Virus record (IMG/VR): IMGVR_UViG_3300020045_012215
Span: 1 to 35,709 of that record
DNA: 35,709 nt
Strand: one strand, 5' to 3'
DNA from: a virus
Lineage: Duplodnaviria; Caudoviricetes
Shown here piece after piece: positions 18,433 through 27,875 of the stretch (position 1 is its first letter; each line of letters starts with the position of its first letter). The notes beneath the pieces are model-generated. The model made no database searches. It saw only the letters and a list, made by a program, of their open reading frames with translations, and was not told where the DNA came from. The position numbers and the translations under genes were made by a program.

Positions 18433-19370
18433 TGTTTCGCACCATCCTTTTTAAATGACAGCCTAAAATTGCGATATGCCTTGCGTGTGAAACTGACCTG
18501 CGCTTCTTTGACCATGCCCGAACTGATCGACCAGCCGCTTCCCTGAACTTTTTCGGCCGAACCGATGCGCATCAGCATCTGCGCTTTCAGTTTCTCCCGC
18601 TCTTCTTCTGCGTCGTCACGCTTACGCGTTGCCATCTGGAAAAGGTTTGCCAGCGCACCAAGCTCTCCGTCATCGTGCGCGTTTAAAACCTCACCCTCTT
18701 TCGCCTTTCCGTGCATGTCGAAGATGAATCTTGCATCCTCGGCGAAGTTCGGAGGCGGGGGATCGTTGCGATCGATCGAACTCCAGAACTCGGCCACCTT
18801 ACGCAGAATGGCTGCCCCGACTTTTTCATCAAACTCTCGCTGAAGGATGCGCGGTCGACTACCACCCACAAGGGCCGCGATGGTCGCCTTCTGAATTCCA
18901 GAAACAAGCATTTGATGTTGAACCTGGAATTCGATATGCGGAGGGGCCTCAATAGATCCATCCTCATGAATGATCCAGTTGTCTTTGAACGCGAATTGGT
19001 TGACGTTTTTTATTTCTAAAATGCGCCTGCCATCCGACTCTTCTACTTCAAAATCAAAGCTGGAGCCAATCCGTAATGCCGGGAGCCGGATATACTCTTT
19101 TTTAGGGCGGATCTGCCACCCATTTTTTTCCGCCAATGTTTGCGCAATGACTGGCTCCAACGCTTTGCCCCATGCCATGTCCTCGCTCTCTTCGAGGCGC
19201 TCAATGGTTGCCGCCTGTTTAAGATGCCACAATTTAAAATGTGTCAGGTATGGGCAACACCCGAACAAGGCGGACACCTCAGAGCTTGTGATATCATGCG
19301 TCCTCAGTTTAAGCCATCTCTCTTCGCTGGACGGGTTAATCACTTCTTTATGCGTTTCTCCGTCGATCAT
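18429..19370 (-). CDS. YqaJ-like viral recombinase / lambda-exonuclease family
   Basis: 'WLKLR..ITSSEV..WGKALEP..SFDF..ILEIK..QVQHQMLVSG'; GGAGGA RBS before ATG 19370. Confidence 0.9.
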   Translation of the reverse strand: MIDGETHKEVINPSSEERWLKLRTHDITSSEVSALFGCCPYLTHFKLWHLKQAATIERLEESEDMAWGKALEPVIAQTLAEKNGWQIRPKKEYIRLPALRIGSSFDFEVEESDGRRILEIKNVNQFAFKDNWIIHEDGSIEAPPHIEFQVQHQMLVSGIQKATIAALVGGSRPRILQREFDEKVGAAILRKVAEFWSSIDRNDPPPPNFAEDARFIFDMHGKAKEGEVLNAHDDGELGALANLFQMATRKRDDAEEEREKLKAQMLMRIGSAEKVQGSGWSISSGMVKEAQVSFTRKAYRNFRLSFKKDGAKQ

Positions 19371-19398
19371 GTCATCCTCCAATGGTGAAGACGTGTTC

Positions 19399-19473
19399 AC
19401 ATTAGCGAAACATGCACCATTTGTCAACATTAAAAAATAATTAATTGACAAGGCGTGCGCTATTTAGCAACAT
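19399..19473. promoter_or_regulatory. Divergent sigma70-type promoter region
   Basis: Minus strand: TTGACA (19427-19422), 17 bp, TAATGT (19404-19399). Plus strand: TTGACA at 19445-19450 with only a weak -10. AT-rich spacer between the two -35 boxes. Confidence 0.6.
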
Positions 19474-19499
19474 CCTGATCAAATCCTATTGGAGGGATC

Positions 19500-19736
19500 A
19501 TGCGAATATCACCTGCAGAGTATGTCATATTATCGTTTGGCGGCGTTCGTGCTACCGCGCGCGCATTGGGTAAAGGACCGTCGACGATCTGTAAATGGAA
19601 AAAGGAAGGAAAAGGAAATGTCCCTTCTCGCGTGCAGGTGACGATCCTGACCATCGCACGCGCTCGCCGTTTGGATATCACAGCCCACGACCTCGTTTTC
19701 GGGCGCAACATCAATAAAAAACTGCTCACGCATTAA
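19500..19736 (+). CDS. Cro-like helix-turn-helix regulator
   Basis: 'SFGGVRATARALGKGPSTICKW..G.VP'; GGAGG RBS; first gene of the replication operon. Confidence 0.8.
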   Translation: MRISPAEYVILSFGGVRATARALGKGPSTICKWKKEGKGNVPSRVQVTILTIARARRLDITAHDLVFGRNINKKLLTH

Positions 19737-21134
19737 ATGTCGCTTGTTCTGCGCCCATATCAGGACGAACTGATCCGGTCAGCGCGCTCTTTAATGATGA
19801 AGGGGTGCAAGTCTATATTATTGCAAAGCCCGACCGGATCAGGCAAGACCGCACTCACAGCGCACATGCTAAAAACTGCTGCTGAAAAAGGTATGCCGTC
19901 TGTCTTCACGGTTCATCGCCGCGAGCTTGTGAAGCAAAGCATGCGAGCGTTTCATCGGATTGGACTGCGGCATGGGATCATCGCTCCAGGATTCTTGGAA
20001 GACACTCGTCCTTTGGTTCAAATTGCCAGCATTCAGGCGCTGTCACGACGACTTGGAAAGCTTCGCTCTCCGAAGATGATCGTGTGGGATGAAGCCCATC
20101 ATGTTGCGGCCGGTTCGTGGACAAAAGTATACGAGTCCTACCCGAACGCATTTCACGTCGGACTTACGGCCACTCCGGAGCGATTGGACGGAACCGGGCT
20201 GGGGCAATGGTTCAAGGAAATGATAAACGGTCCAAGCACGGCATCACTGATTGAGGATGGGTTCCTTGCGCCTTACCGCCTGTATGCGCCGGGAGGTATT
20301 GTGACTGAAGGGGTGGGGACGCGCATGGGAGATTTTGCGCGTGCTGAATTGAATTCGGCGGCCGACAAACCCACCATCACGGGCGATGCGATCAGGCACT
20401 ATAAAAAGCTTGCGAGCGGACGGAGAGCCGTTGTGTTCTGTTGCTCCGTCGAGCACTCGAAGCATGTCGTCTCCCAATTTAATGCGGATGGAATACCAGC
20501 GGCCCATGTAGATGGGGAGACAGATACCAATGAACGAGACCAGCGAATCGCGCAATTCGAGCGTGGAGACATTCTCATCCTCTCGAACGTAGAACTGTTT
20601 GGGGAAGGGTTCGATCTCCCTGCTATTGAAGCTGCAATTCTTTTGCGACCCACGCAAAGCTTGGGACTGTATCTGCAGCAGGTAGGTCGCGCTTTACGTA
20701 CATCACCCGGTAAAACGGATGCGGTAATCCTGGATCACGCTGGCAACTGCGCACGACACGGGCTGCCCGATTCAGATAGAGAATGGTCTTTGTCTGGTCG
20801 TGAAAAACGTGGTGGATCTGCCGAGCCAAGCGTTCCAGTCAGAATCTGTCCAAAGTGCTTTGCCGCACAGTTTCCCGGATCAATGGTGTGCAAGCACTGC
20901 GGTGCTCAATTTGAATCCGCTGCTCGCAAGGTCGTGGAAGAGGACGGAGAACTTGTCGAGATTGACGCGAATCATATTCGACGTGAACGCCTCAGGGAGC
21001 AGTCGCAGGCCAAAACATTTGAAGAGCTTGTGGAGCTTGGGAAGCGTCGCGGACATAAACGTCCACACCTGTGGGCAAAGCACATTTTCAATTTCCGGCA
21101 ATCAAAAAAACTTTTCAATCAGGGGGCTGTATGA
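19737..21134 (+). CDS. SF2 DEAH-box helicase with C-terminal zinc ribbon
   Basis: LRPYQ, PTGSGKT, DEAHH, TATPER, EGFDLP, QQVGRALR, CPKC..CKHC. Confidence 0.93.
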   Translation: MSLVLRPYQDELIRSARSLMMKGCKSILLQSPTGSGKTALTAHMLKTAAEKGMPSVFTVHRRELVKQSMRAFHRIGLRHGIIAPGFLEDTRPLVQIASIQALSRRLGKLRSPKMIVWDEAHHVAAGSWTKVYESYPNAFHVGLTATPERLDGTGLGQWFKEMINGPSTASLIEDGFLAPYRLYAPGGIVTEGVGTRMGDFARAELNSAADKPTITGDAIRHYKKLASGRRAVVFCCSVEHSKHVVSQFNADGIPAAHVDGETDTNERDQRIAQFERGDILILSNVELFGEGFDLPAIEAAILLRPTQSLGLYLQQVGRALRTSPGKTDAVILDHAGNCARHGLPDSDREWSLSGREKRGGSAEPSVPVRICPKCFAAQFPGSMVCKHCGAQFESAARKVVEEDGELVEIDANHIRRERLREQSQAKTFEELVELGKRRGHKRPHLWAKHIFNFRQSKKLFNQGAV

Positions 21135-21496
21135 GTGAGTCGAATTTAATGCGACGAATTCAAGTTGCGCTCAGCGCATCTGGAGCACGCTTATTCAGGA
21201 ATCAATCGGGACGATACAAGCTGGAAGATGGCCGATGGCTTGCGTCCGGCCTGTGCAATGGGGCTTCCGATCTGATTGGGTGGACGTCGCGCACGATTAC
21301 GCCAGATATGGTAGGTCAGCGTGTTGCTGTCTTCACGGCCGTTGAAGTGAAATCGCCTGGGGCGCACACAGAATCGCAACGCTTGGCAGAACAGGCGGCA
21401 TTCGTTGCGGCTGTCAATCATGACGGCGGGATCGCTTTCTTTGCGAACTCCGTTGATGGGGCATCCGCACTGCTTGCAATCAAGAGGCCATCATGA
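21131..21496 (+). CDS. VRR-NUC domain nuclease
   Basis: 'ESNL..LFRNQSG..GASDLIG..AVEVK..EQAAF..GGIA' PD-(D/E)xK pattern; ATGA coupling. Confidence 0.85.
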   Translation: MSESNLMRRIQVALSASGARLFRNQSGRYKLEDGRWLASGLCNGASDLIGWTSRTITPDMVGQRVAVFTAVEVKSPGAHTESQRLAEQAAFVAAVNHDGGIAFFANSVDGASALLAIKRPS

Positions 21497-23937
21497 GTGA
21501 TCAAATTTACGACTTTTCCGGGCTGAGCCGTCGACTCTTATCTCGCGCGCGTGAATTTTTACCGGTATGGCTGCCAGGTGGACGGATGCAGGGCCGTGAG
21601 TATGTATGCGGCAGCCTTCGGGGAGGACCTGGATCCTCGACATCTGTGAACGTGGACACTGGAAAATGGAGCGACTTCGCAGACGCTGACGTGCGCGGCG
21701 GAGATCTGATTAGCCTGTATGCCGCCATTCATGGCGTTAAGCAGGGCGAGGCAGCCAAGACATTGGCCGATCTGATCAATTTTCGCTTGCGTCCAGAGGG
21801 ATCTGACACGCGACCTCAAAAGAAAAAAGATCGGCCTCAGGCCATTCCTGCAGACATACCATCTGCACCCATAACGGAGACGCCTGTGAAAGATCGCGCT
21901 GTCATTGCTCCCCCACCGGACGCGCCGCAGCCGTCCATGACACACCCCGTCCATGGGGCACCAATAGCTCACTGGACATACCGGTCCGCAGACGGTGGCG
22001 TCCTATTTTACATTGCGCGCTACGATGAGGCGGACGGAAGTAAGCAGTTCGTTCCATGGTCGTGGTCAAAACTATCAGAAAAATGGATCCCAAAAGGATG
22101 GGAGGAACCGCGCCCATTGTTTGGTCTTGACCTACTTGCGCTGCGCCCATCAGCGCCTGTCATCATCGTGGAGGGGGAAAAAGCGGCCGAGGCTGCCCGC
22201 CGTATCGCTGGAAAGACGTATGTGGTCGTGACATGGCCCAACGGGTCAAACGCCCCGGCAAAGGCATCCTGGAGCGTTCTCGGTGGCCGTAAAATACTGC
22301 TCTGGCCGGATGCCGATCGGCATGTTGCGGACACCCAGGCAAAAGCGGATCGTTATGGTGTTAATTTGGGGGATGTGATCCCATATGACAAGCAGCCTGG
22401 GCCGCGCGCGATGAATACGGTTGCCGCTTGCCTCCACCACATTTGCTCAGAAATCAAGCTGATAAACGTCGGCATTGACTTGAATCGCAAGGACGGATGG
22501 GACGCGGCGGATGCCGAGACAGAGGGATGGACATTTTCCACACTGATTGACTGGGCGCGACCGCGCGTCAGTCTTTGGGAGCCAGCGAAAGAAGAGTCCC
22601 CCACGCTGAATCTGACGGTGCAGGCGCTTCAGCAAAATATCACTGTCGATGCGCCAAAAAGCGCGGACACCTTGGAAGAAAGCCCGAGCCTGTATGCGGA
22701 ATGGGAGCGCTTAGGAATCGTGCTGAGCAGCCAAGGGTCGCCGATCGCAAACGTCGACAATGCCCTGCGCGTCATTGAGCGCCATGAACCATTCAACGGG
22801 ATCATCTGGTACGACGAATTCCACCACAAATATTTGACAAAAAATACGGATGGTTCCATACGCGAATGGCAGGACGTAGATGATCTGAATATGATGGGTT
22901 TTATGCAGCGCGTTCTTGGCCTTCGCCGGATATCGGACGACATGGTCAGAAAGGCCGCAATTATGTACGCGCACAAGCACGTGCAGAACGAGCCGCGCGA
23001 CTGGATGTCTTCATTGGTTTGGGACGGGACGTCTAGGCTCGATACTTTTTTTATTCACGCGTTTGGTGCCGAGGATAGTGAATACATTCGGGCGGCCGCG
23101 CGGAATTTTTGGCTTGGAATGGTGGCGCGTATTTTCTCACCCGGATGCCAGGTCGACAACATGGTCGTTCTCGAAGGCGCGCAAGGCGCTGGAAAGACGC
23201 GCGCACTCAGAATCATCGGTGGAAAGTGGTATACAGAGGCCAACGAATCGGTCACCGATAAAGACTTTTTCATGGCGCTCCACGGGAAGATGATTATTGA
23301 AATTGCCGAGCTGGATTCGTTCAATCGTGCAGAAGTCACACGAATCAAACAGGTGGTGACATGCACGACCGATAGATACCGTGCACCCTACGGTCGCACA
23401 TCGCAGGATAATCCGCGCATGTCCGTATTTGTTGGGACCACCAACGAAACAGCATACCTGAGAGACAATACGGGTGGCCGCAGGTTTTGGCCTATTTCTT
23501 GCTCATCTATTGACCATGCGTATATCCAAGAATCGCGCGATCAACTATTCGCGGAAGCTGTGCATCTTTTCAATATCTGGAAAAAGTCTGGAGACGAAAA
23601 GGATGGGTGGTGGTTGATGCCCGCCGAGGCGACATTGTCGGTTCAGGAACAGCGACGACAGGATGATGAGTGGGAAACGATCATAACGGACTATCTGAAA
23701 GATCGTGTTGAAATCCGCCTGCATGATCTGGCAAGCGACTGCCTGAAGATTGACGCCTCCAAACTCGACAGGTTTGTGCAACACCGTATTGCTAGCATCA
23801 TGCGGTCATTGGGGTGGGATAAGCATAACCTGATGCGGGGCGGTATTCAGATGAAGGTGTGGAGAAATAAATTGGATACGGAAGACATTCTTCTACGGTC
23901 GATGGTTCCGCAGGACGCGGAAGATGGAAACTTTTAA
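21493..23937 (+). CDS. Fused TOPRIM primase and VapE/VirE-type helicase
   Basis: 'IIVEGEKAA..LWPDAD' TOPRIM; 'LEGAQGAGKT..IEIAEL..RAPYGR..GTTN..RRFWPI' VapE ATPase. Confidence 0.88.
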   Translation: MSDQIYDFSGLSRRLLSRAREFLPVWLPGGRMQGREYVCGSLRGGPGSSTSVNVDTGKWSDFADADVRGGDLISLYAAIHGVKQGEAAKTLADLINFRLRPEGSDTRPQKKKDRPQAIPADIPSAPITETPVKDRAVIAPPPDAPQPSMTHPVHGAPIAHWTYRSADGGVLFYIARYDEADGSKQFVPWSWSKLSEKWIPKGWEEPRPLFGLDLLALRPSAPVIIVEGEKAAEAARRIAGKTYVVVTWPNGSNAPAKASWSVLGGRKILLWPDADRHVADTQAKADRYGVNLGDVIPYDKQPGPRAMNTVAACLHHICSEIKLINVGIDLNRKDGWDAADAETEGWTFSTLIDWARPRVSLWEPAKEESPTLNLTVQALQQNITVDAPKSADTLEESPSLYAEWERLGIVLSSQGSPIANVDNALRVIERHEPFNGIIWYDEFHHKYLTKNTDGSIREWQDVDDLNMMGFMQRVLGLRRISDDMVRKAAIMYAHKHVQNEPRDWMSSLVWDGTSRLDTFFIHAFGAEDSEYIRAAARNFWLGMVARIFSPGCQVDNMVVLEGAQGAGKTRALRIIGGKWYTEANESVTDKDFFMALHGKMIIEIAELDSFNRAEVTRIKQVVTCTTDRYRAPYGRTSQDNPRMSVFVGTTNETAYLRDNTGGRRFWPISCSSIDHAYIQESRDQLFAEAVHLFNIWKKSGDEKDGWWLMPAEATLSVQEQRRQDDEWETIITDYLKDRVEIRLHDLASDCLKIDASKLDRFVQHRIASIMRSLGWDKHNLMRGGIQMKVWRNKLDTEDILLRSMVPQDAEDGNF

Positions 23938-23964
23938 GTCATACGCGGAACACCATCTCGCGCA

Positions 23965-24159
23965 TCATTCGTTTCTCTGAGGCAGATAAATGGTACCACC
24001 ACTTTTGCAGTTTTTTCTTTTCTTCGACCAATAAGGGCTGCGACACGCCCAGCACATCTTCGGTCGTGATTCCGTGCGTTGTATCCATGGTTTTTTTTGA
24101 TCGCTTCCGTGACCGCATCGTAAGCATACAAGTTTTGCACCTCTTCCCTTGGGAGTCAC
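23965..24159 (-). CDS. Small zinc-ribbon protein
   Basis: 'CLRCGH..W..R...PKMCWACRSPYW' CxxC/CxxC; GTGA overlap with upstream stop. Confidence 0.65.
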   Translation of the reverse strand: MTPKGRGAKLVCLRCGHGSDQKKPWIQRTESRPKMCWACRSPYWSKKRKNCKSGGTIYLPQRNE

Positions 24160-24422
24160 TTGGCCACACCATTAACAAGGTCGTTTTGGAATTTATACTC
24201 CGACTCCAGCATGGCCTTGTATTCAGAATCGGTGCACGACGTCGCTCCCTCCAAACACTGCAATCGTGCAAGATCACGCTTATAGCTAGCAAGCGTTGCG
24301 TCGTAAAGTGTCTGCAAGCGATCTAGCTTGACACTTTTGTAGATGGACGTAATGACGAATAACATGATCGATAAAGCAAGCAACAGGTCGTTCTTCCACT
24401 CGCTATTCTCTCGCATACTCAC
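24156..24422 (-). CDS. Small membrane-anchored protein
   Basis: N-terminal TM 'LLLALSIMLFVITSIY'; coupled at both ends. Confidence 0.6.
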   Translation of the reverse strand: MSMRENSEWKNDLLLALSIMLFVITSIYKSVKLDRLQTLYDATLASYKRDLARLQCLEGATSCTDSEYKAMLESEYKFQNDLVNGVAK

Positions 24423-24508
24423 TTCACCTCGATTTCACAGAGTCCGTCTTTTACTAGTTTCACCCGTCTCCCGATTACGTCGTCATTGAGCCAGTCAACT
24501 GTTTTCAT
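24419..24508 (-). CDS. 29-aa small ORF (MKTVDWLNDDVIGRRVKLVKDGLCEIEVK), not in ORF track
   Basis: GGAGGA RBS, ATG at 24508, TGA overlapping the next GTG start. Confidence 0.5.
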   Translation of the reverse strand: MKTVDWLNDDVIGRRVKLVKDGLCEIEVK

Positions 24509-24558
24509 AATTCCTCCAATGGTCGTTCGAAACATCCAGTTTTCCAGGATCCTCTCGA

Positions 24559-25035
24559 TCATACAGGATCTTTCAAAACAGTAGATTGCCACTCTTCTTC
24601 AAACGACGTTTCTTTCACTATAAAAAGATCCATCTCGGCGAAGCGCTGAGCGAACATCTTTGCACGATCAAGCTGACGCTGAATCTTTTCCAGATCGATG
24701 GATTCATCCATCCGTTCCAATGCGTCTAATCTTACAGCATCATGCTCATTACCGGCCCTGAGTTCCGCGACCTCGGAGCGGAGGTTATCCCTCTCAATCG
24801 CGCATGTGTCGTATGCGTTTATGGCGGCGTCCAGCTGTGCTTTAATGGAATCAGCTTCACGCGCCTCTTTGAACCTCTGGTCGTGCATCTCGTCGTATTT
24901 CAATTTAAGGGCGTCCAACTCGTCTCTGAGTGGGCCAAGTCCTTTAATAAACGCATCGAACTGATTCTCAACGTCCAACCTAAGCTCCCTCTCGGCCTTT
25001 GCGACATACTTCCAAGACTTTTGTTCACTATCCAT
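24559..25035 (-). CDS. Coiled-coil hypothetical protein with QLxRAxxF..FEExW C-terminal motif
   Basis: 158 aa, GGAGG RBS, heptad pattern. Confidence 0.7.
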   Translation of the reverse strand: MDSEQKSWKYVAKAERELRLDVENQFDAFIKGLGPLRDELDALKLKYDEMHDQRFKEAREADSIKAQLDAAINAYDTCAIERDNLRSEVAELRAGNEHDAVRLDALERMDESIDLEKIQRQLDRAKMFAQRFAEMDLFIVKETSFEEEWQSTVLKDPV

Positions 25036-25348
25036 TTATATTTACCTCCACGACAAATTTCTTCCATACCTCTTCGAATTTGTATCTGTTGCCATCGAAT
25101 GGCTGAGACCAAGAGAAATTCTTCGCCCTATCAAGCTGCGCCTTAAGCTCATCTATCTCCCACCTCAGCCCGTCCCGCTCGGATTCGAGGGACTTCACGG
25201 CAGAAGAATGGGCGGCATTGATACGCGCAGCTTTCTCGAATAACTTACACGGATCTTTCCACGTATCCAAAACATTAGCCGAACCTCGAAGCATTAAATC
25301 AAACGTGCTATTGTTAATCCTCTCCACCCGCGCGATCGGCTCAGTCAT
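25028..25348 (-). CDS. Hypothetical protein (ARV..IN.A module plus QLxRAxxF..FEExW motif)
   Basis: GGAGG RBS before ATG 25348; ATGA overlap. Confidence 0.7.
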   Translation of the reverse strand: MTEPIARVERINNSTFDLMLRGSANVLDTWKDPCKLFEKAARINAAHSSAVKSLESERDGLRWEIDELKAQLDRAKNFSWSQPFDGNRYKFEEVWKKFVVEVNING

Positions 25349-25602
25349 AGGCCCTCCAAGACATCTTGTTTCCATTTCTCTTCAAAATACGAAGTATCCG
25401 AGTTTATGCACGTATCCGACCACATCTCGTAGAATCTTTGTCCAAACGCATGTGCCCGTATCATTTGTGCCTCCAACATGCGGCATTCGGCCTCCGCTTT
25501 AAGCAGTTGCTCTTTCAAGTTCCGCTCGTTTCCTGAGCGCGCCTTGGCCCGAAGTTGCCCGACGAGGTAATGCTCCCTATTCGCAATTTTTCGCCAGCCC
25601 AT
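25345..25602 (-). CDS. Hypothetical protein (QxxRAxxF..FEExW motif)
   Basis: 85 aa, GGAGG RBS. Confidence 0.65.
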   Translation of the reverse strand: MGWRKIANREHYLVGQLRAKARSGNERNLKEQLLKAEAECRMLEAQMIRAHAFGQRFYEMWSDTCINSDTSYFEEKWKQDVLEGL

Positions 25603-25603
25603 G

Positions 25604-26011
25604 CTATGAACCTCCTCCGCGCTCTATTTCCTTTTGCGAATGTTCTACTGTAAACATTTCATCCTCCGAAACTCTGCCAAGTAACCGGCAACGAAGACCA
25701 ACAATTACAGCAGCGCACCTAGTTCTTTCATTCACAACAGCCTTCTTCACGGCATCGTCCACGCGCCTCTGCGCAAAGGATTCGGCAGCGGTGTTGATTT
25801 TGTCTATATCAACGCGGCACACGTAAGGCTCGGCGTAACGGTCGAGCAGTATGTCACCGAAAAACAATCCGAATTCAGGATGATTTCCGTCCTTCATGAA
25901 TTCCATATGCGCCAGCTTCTCCGGCTCTTTGTTGGTCATGGCTTTCTCAAACGCAACCGTAGAACAGTTACAGTCCTGCCCGATATTTGGGTGGTTCTTG
26001 CAATCGCTCAT
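25604..26011 (-). CDS. Hypothetical protein
   Basis: GGGAGG RBS before ATG 26011. Confidence 0.6.
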   Translation of the reverse strand: MSDCKNHPNIGQDCNCSTVAFEKAMTNKEPEKLAHMEFMKDGNHPEFGLFFGDILLDRYAEPYVCRVDIDKINTAAESFAQRRVDDAVKKAVVNERTRCAAVIVGLRCRLLGRVSEDEMFTVEHSQKEIERGGGS

Positions 26012-26012
26012 C

Positions 26013-26474
26013 TCACGCCTCCCTGTCGAACTCGGCCTTAACCTTCGCCGCTTCCATATATTTCTTGTAAGTTTCTGTTCCCTCACAAAGTGCTGGGCTA
26101 TCGGTTTCAAGTGCTTCCATTACGCCATCCAGTGCCTTCGCCATCCTACCGCACAGGTCCGCCTTGCGGGTGAGTGGGGAAAGCGCTTGGTTTATTTGTC
26201 CACTCATGGTGTCGGCCTCTGAAAGCCAGCCAAATGATGGAAGAAGCGAAACATCAAAAATATGCACGTGATAGAATCCGTTTTCGTTCTCAACTACCCT
26301 CGCCGGACCCTTCCCCTGGTCTGTCATCGTTGGCTCCTTGATAAATTCTTGGCAATCAAGTGCTTCTGTAAATCCATTGAGCTTGCAATTCGACGAATAC
26401 CCGGAGTCGAACGCCTTACACTCACGATTCCCACAACACCCCTTCCCCGTTTCTTCGCTCACGTATTCCTCCAT
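26013..26474 (-). CDS. Hypothetical protein with Cys-rich N-terminus; possible second start at 26327
   Basis: 153 aa; GAGGA upstream of 26474; AAGGAG upstream of internal ATG 26327. Confidence 0.6.
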   Translation of the reverse strand: MEEYVSEETGKGCCGNRECKAFDSGYSSNCKLNGFTEALDCQEFIKEPTMTDQGKGPARVVENENGFYHVHIFDVSLLPSFGWLSEADTMSGQINQALSPLTRKADLCGRMAKALDGVMEALETDSPALCEGTETYKKYMEAAKVKAEFDREA

Positions 26475-26680
26475 TTTTTCATCCTCACGCCGAGTAAATA
26501 CCAGGAACCGAAAAGCCGCTTAACTTTGTATTCGACCCCATCACACCCCACCCATTCCGCGCTCTTAAAGATCAACAGGACGTGCGCCCACCAAGGCCAT
26601 TCGACGTACTTCGTTTGCCATCCTTGGAAAAATGGACCGTCGCTTACCGGCTTTCGTTGGTAACAAACCGTTTCGCTCAC
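26459..26680 (-). CDS. Hypothetical protein
   Basis: 73 aa, AGGAGG RBS, GTG start. Confidence 0.6.
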   Translation of the reverse strand: MSETVCYQRKPVSDGPFFQGWQTKYVEWPWWAHVLLIFKSAEWVGCDGVEYKVKRLFGSWYLLGVRMKKWRNT

Positions 26681-26698
26681 GGATTCCTCCTAGAAAAC

Positions 26699-27166
26699 TC
26701 AATGAAATTCAATTTTATTTCCCCCGAGGCGGACTTCATCCTCCACCAATGCGTAGAGCATTTTAAATGTGCCCCACGGCCTACCCGTCTTCAAGTCTTC
26801 GGGTGCCTCTTTTTCAAGAAGTTTTAGTTCCGACAATAACCCATGAAGATTCCCAGTCGTCCACTCCTTTCCAGGTTCAAGAACTTTTCCGGTCTTTGTG
26901 TAGGCTCCTTCACAATCCGAATGAAACATAAGATTCGGATAATAGTGTCCAGAAAGCTGGAGACCCTGCGTCATCTCGTTAAGTTCGGTAGCCGTCAGCC
27001 CGTCCGGAAGAACATACACCACAGGAAATGCACACAAAGACGACTCTCCTGCAATTACCCTCGGAAACCCACATGACACCAGGGCCAGCCATCTGACCCC
27101 ATGCAACGCCGAATATCCGGCGTGGTAATAACGCTTCGTTTTCGATCCAGAAATATCAAGACCCAT
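26699..27166 (-). CDS. Phage hypothetical protein (MGLD..GYS..HSDCEG type)
   Basis: GGAGG RBS before ATG 27166; MGLD and HSDCEG motifs. Confidence 0.65.
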   Translation of the reverse strand: MGLDISGSKTKRYYHAGYSALHGVRWLALVSCGFPRVIAGESSLCAFPVVYVLPDGLTATELNEMTQGLQLSGHYYPNLMFHSDCEGAYTKTGKVLEPGKEWTTGNLHGLLSELKLLEKEAPEDLKTGRPWGTFKMLYALVEDEVRLGGNKIEFH

Positions 27167-27167
27167 T

Positions 27168-27404
27168 TTATTTTCCTCCCACCCCGTTCTCTTCCATCCA
27201 CCGCTTGCCGGATGGGGATAGAACCTTCCCACAATACGGACAGAATTTGTATTTATTCTCCGCTGGTCCTGCGCTCTCGAAACAATGCCCATTCCCGCAT
27301 GATGTATCCCAAACGTCATGCCACGAATCATGCACCCATACGCAAGGATCACCCGCTTGGCTCACCGGACTCTCTGCGGCCTTCTTCGGGGTCTTGGGGG
27401 TCAT
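27168..27404 (-). CDS. Zinc-ribbon protein
   Basis: 'C.W..WDTSCG..YKFCPYCGK'; ATGA overlap. Confidence 0.7.
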   Translation of the reverse strand: MTPKTPKKAAESPVSQAGDPCVWVHDSWHDVWDTSCGNGHCFESAGPAENKYKFCPYCGKVLSPSGKRWMEENGVGGK

Positions 27405-27871
27405 GGCTTCGGAGCATGCCTGACAACGACTTCCCTCTCCAACATCTTGGCCGTGTTGTTGAACGCCTTCATCAAAACGTCGGGGCTTATATTCAAGTCT
27501 CGGACTGTTCCAGAACGGCCAAGACCAGCCATGACGCAATCCACGATCATATCGAGAACGTCAATCAGGTTCACGTCCACTGGAACCCCGTCAGCTTCCA
27601 ACAAGTGATGCCTGTTTATTTTTCGATGGCGGTCCCACCATTCCGTAACCTTGAACCCTGTTTGAAAATCGCGGTGGAACGTGTCAATGTCAACGATCTT
27701 GTCTACGTCATGCCTATAGGCCGCGCTGAACAGCATCTCCGCGAAGAACGCCATACCCTGCTTCACGTCCCCAATGTGTTGCATGGAACTCGCCAGCAGT
27801 TGCTCCTTGCTCACCTTTGAAACGTCGCACGTCCGCGTATCGGCTGTTTCACTCTTCTCGATCTGGATCAT
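27401..27871 (-). CDS. HD-superfamily (DUF5662-like) putative phosphohydrolase
   Basis: 'QH...V..RHDVDK..H...NRHH..D..DMIVD' metal-binding pattern. Confidence 0.65.
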   Translation of the reverse strand: MIQIEKSETADTRTCDVSKVSKEQLLASSMQHIGDVKQGMAFFAEMLFSAAYRHDVDKIVDIDTFHRDFQTGFKVTEWWDRHRKINRHHLLEADGVPVDVNLIDVLDMIVDCVMAGLGRSGTVRDLNISPDVLMKAFNNTAKMLEREVVVRHAPKP

Positions 27872-27875
27872 CGTC

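Noticed and set aside
23939-24088. Alternative-frame ORF MDTTHG..KLQKWWYHLSASEKRMMREM overlapping the zinc-ribbon gene; possible frameshift at an A-rich run
   Set aside because: No SD and the CxxC frame explains the region; the protein-like tail may be chance, although it cannot be excluded
27101-27820. 239-aa plus-strand ORF and similar long antisense ORFs (32744-33469, 1720-2202, 31229-31777)
   Set aside because: Shadows of well-supported genes on the opposite strand
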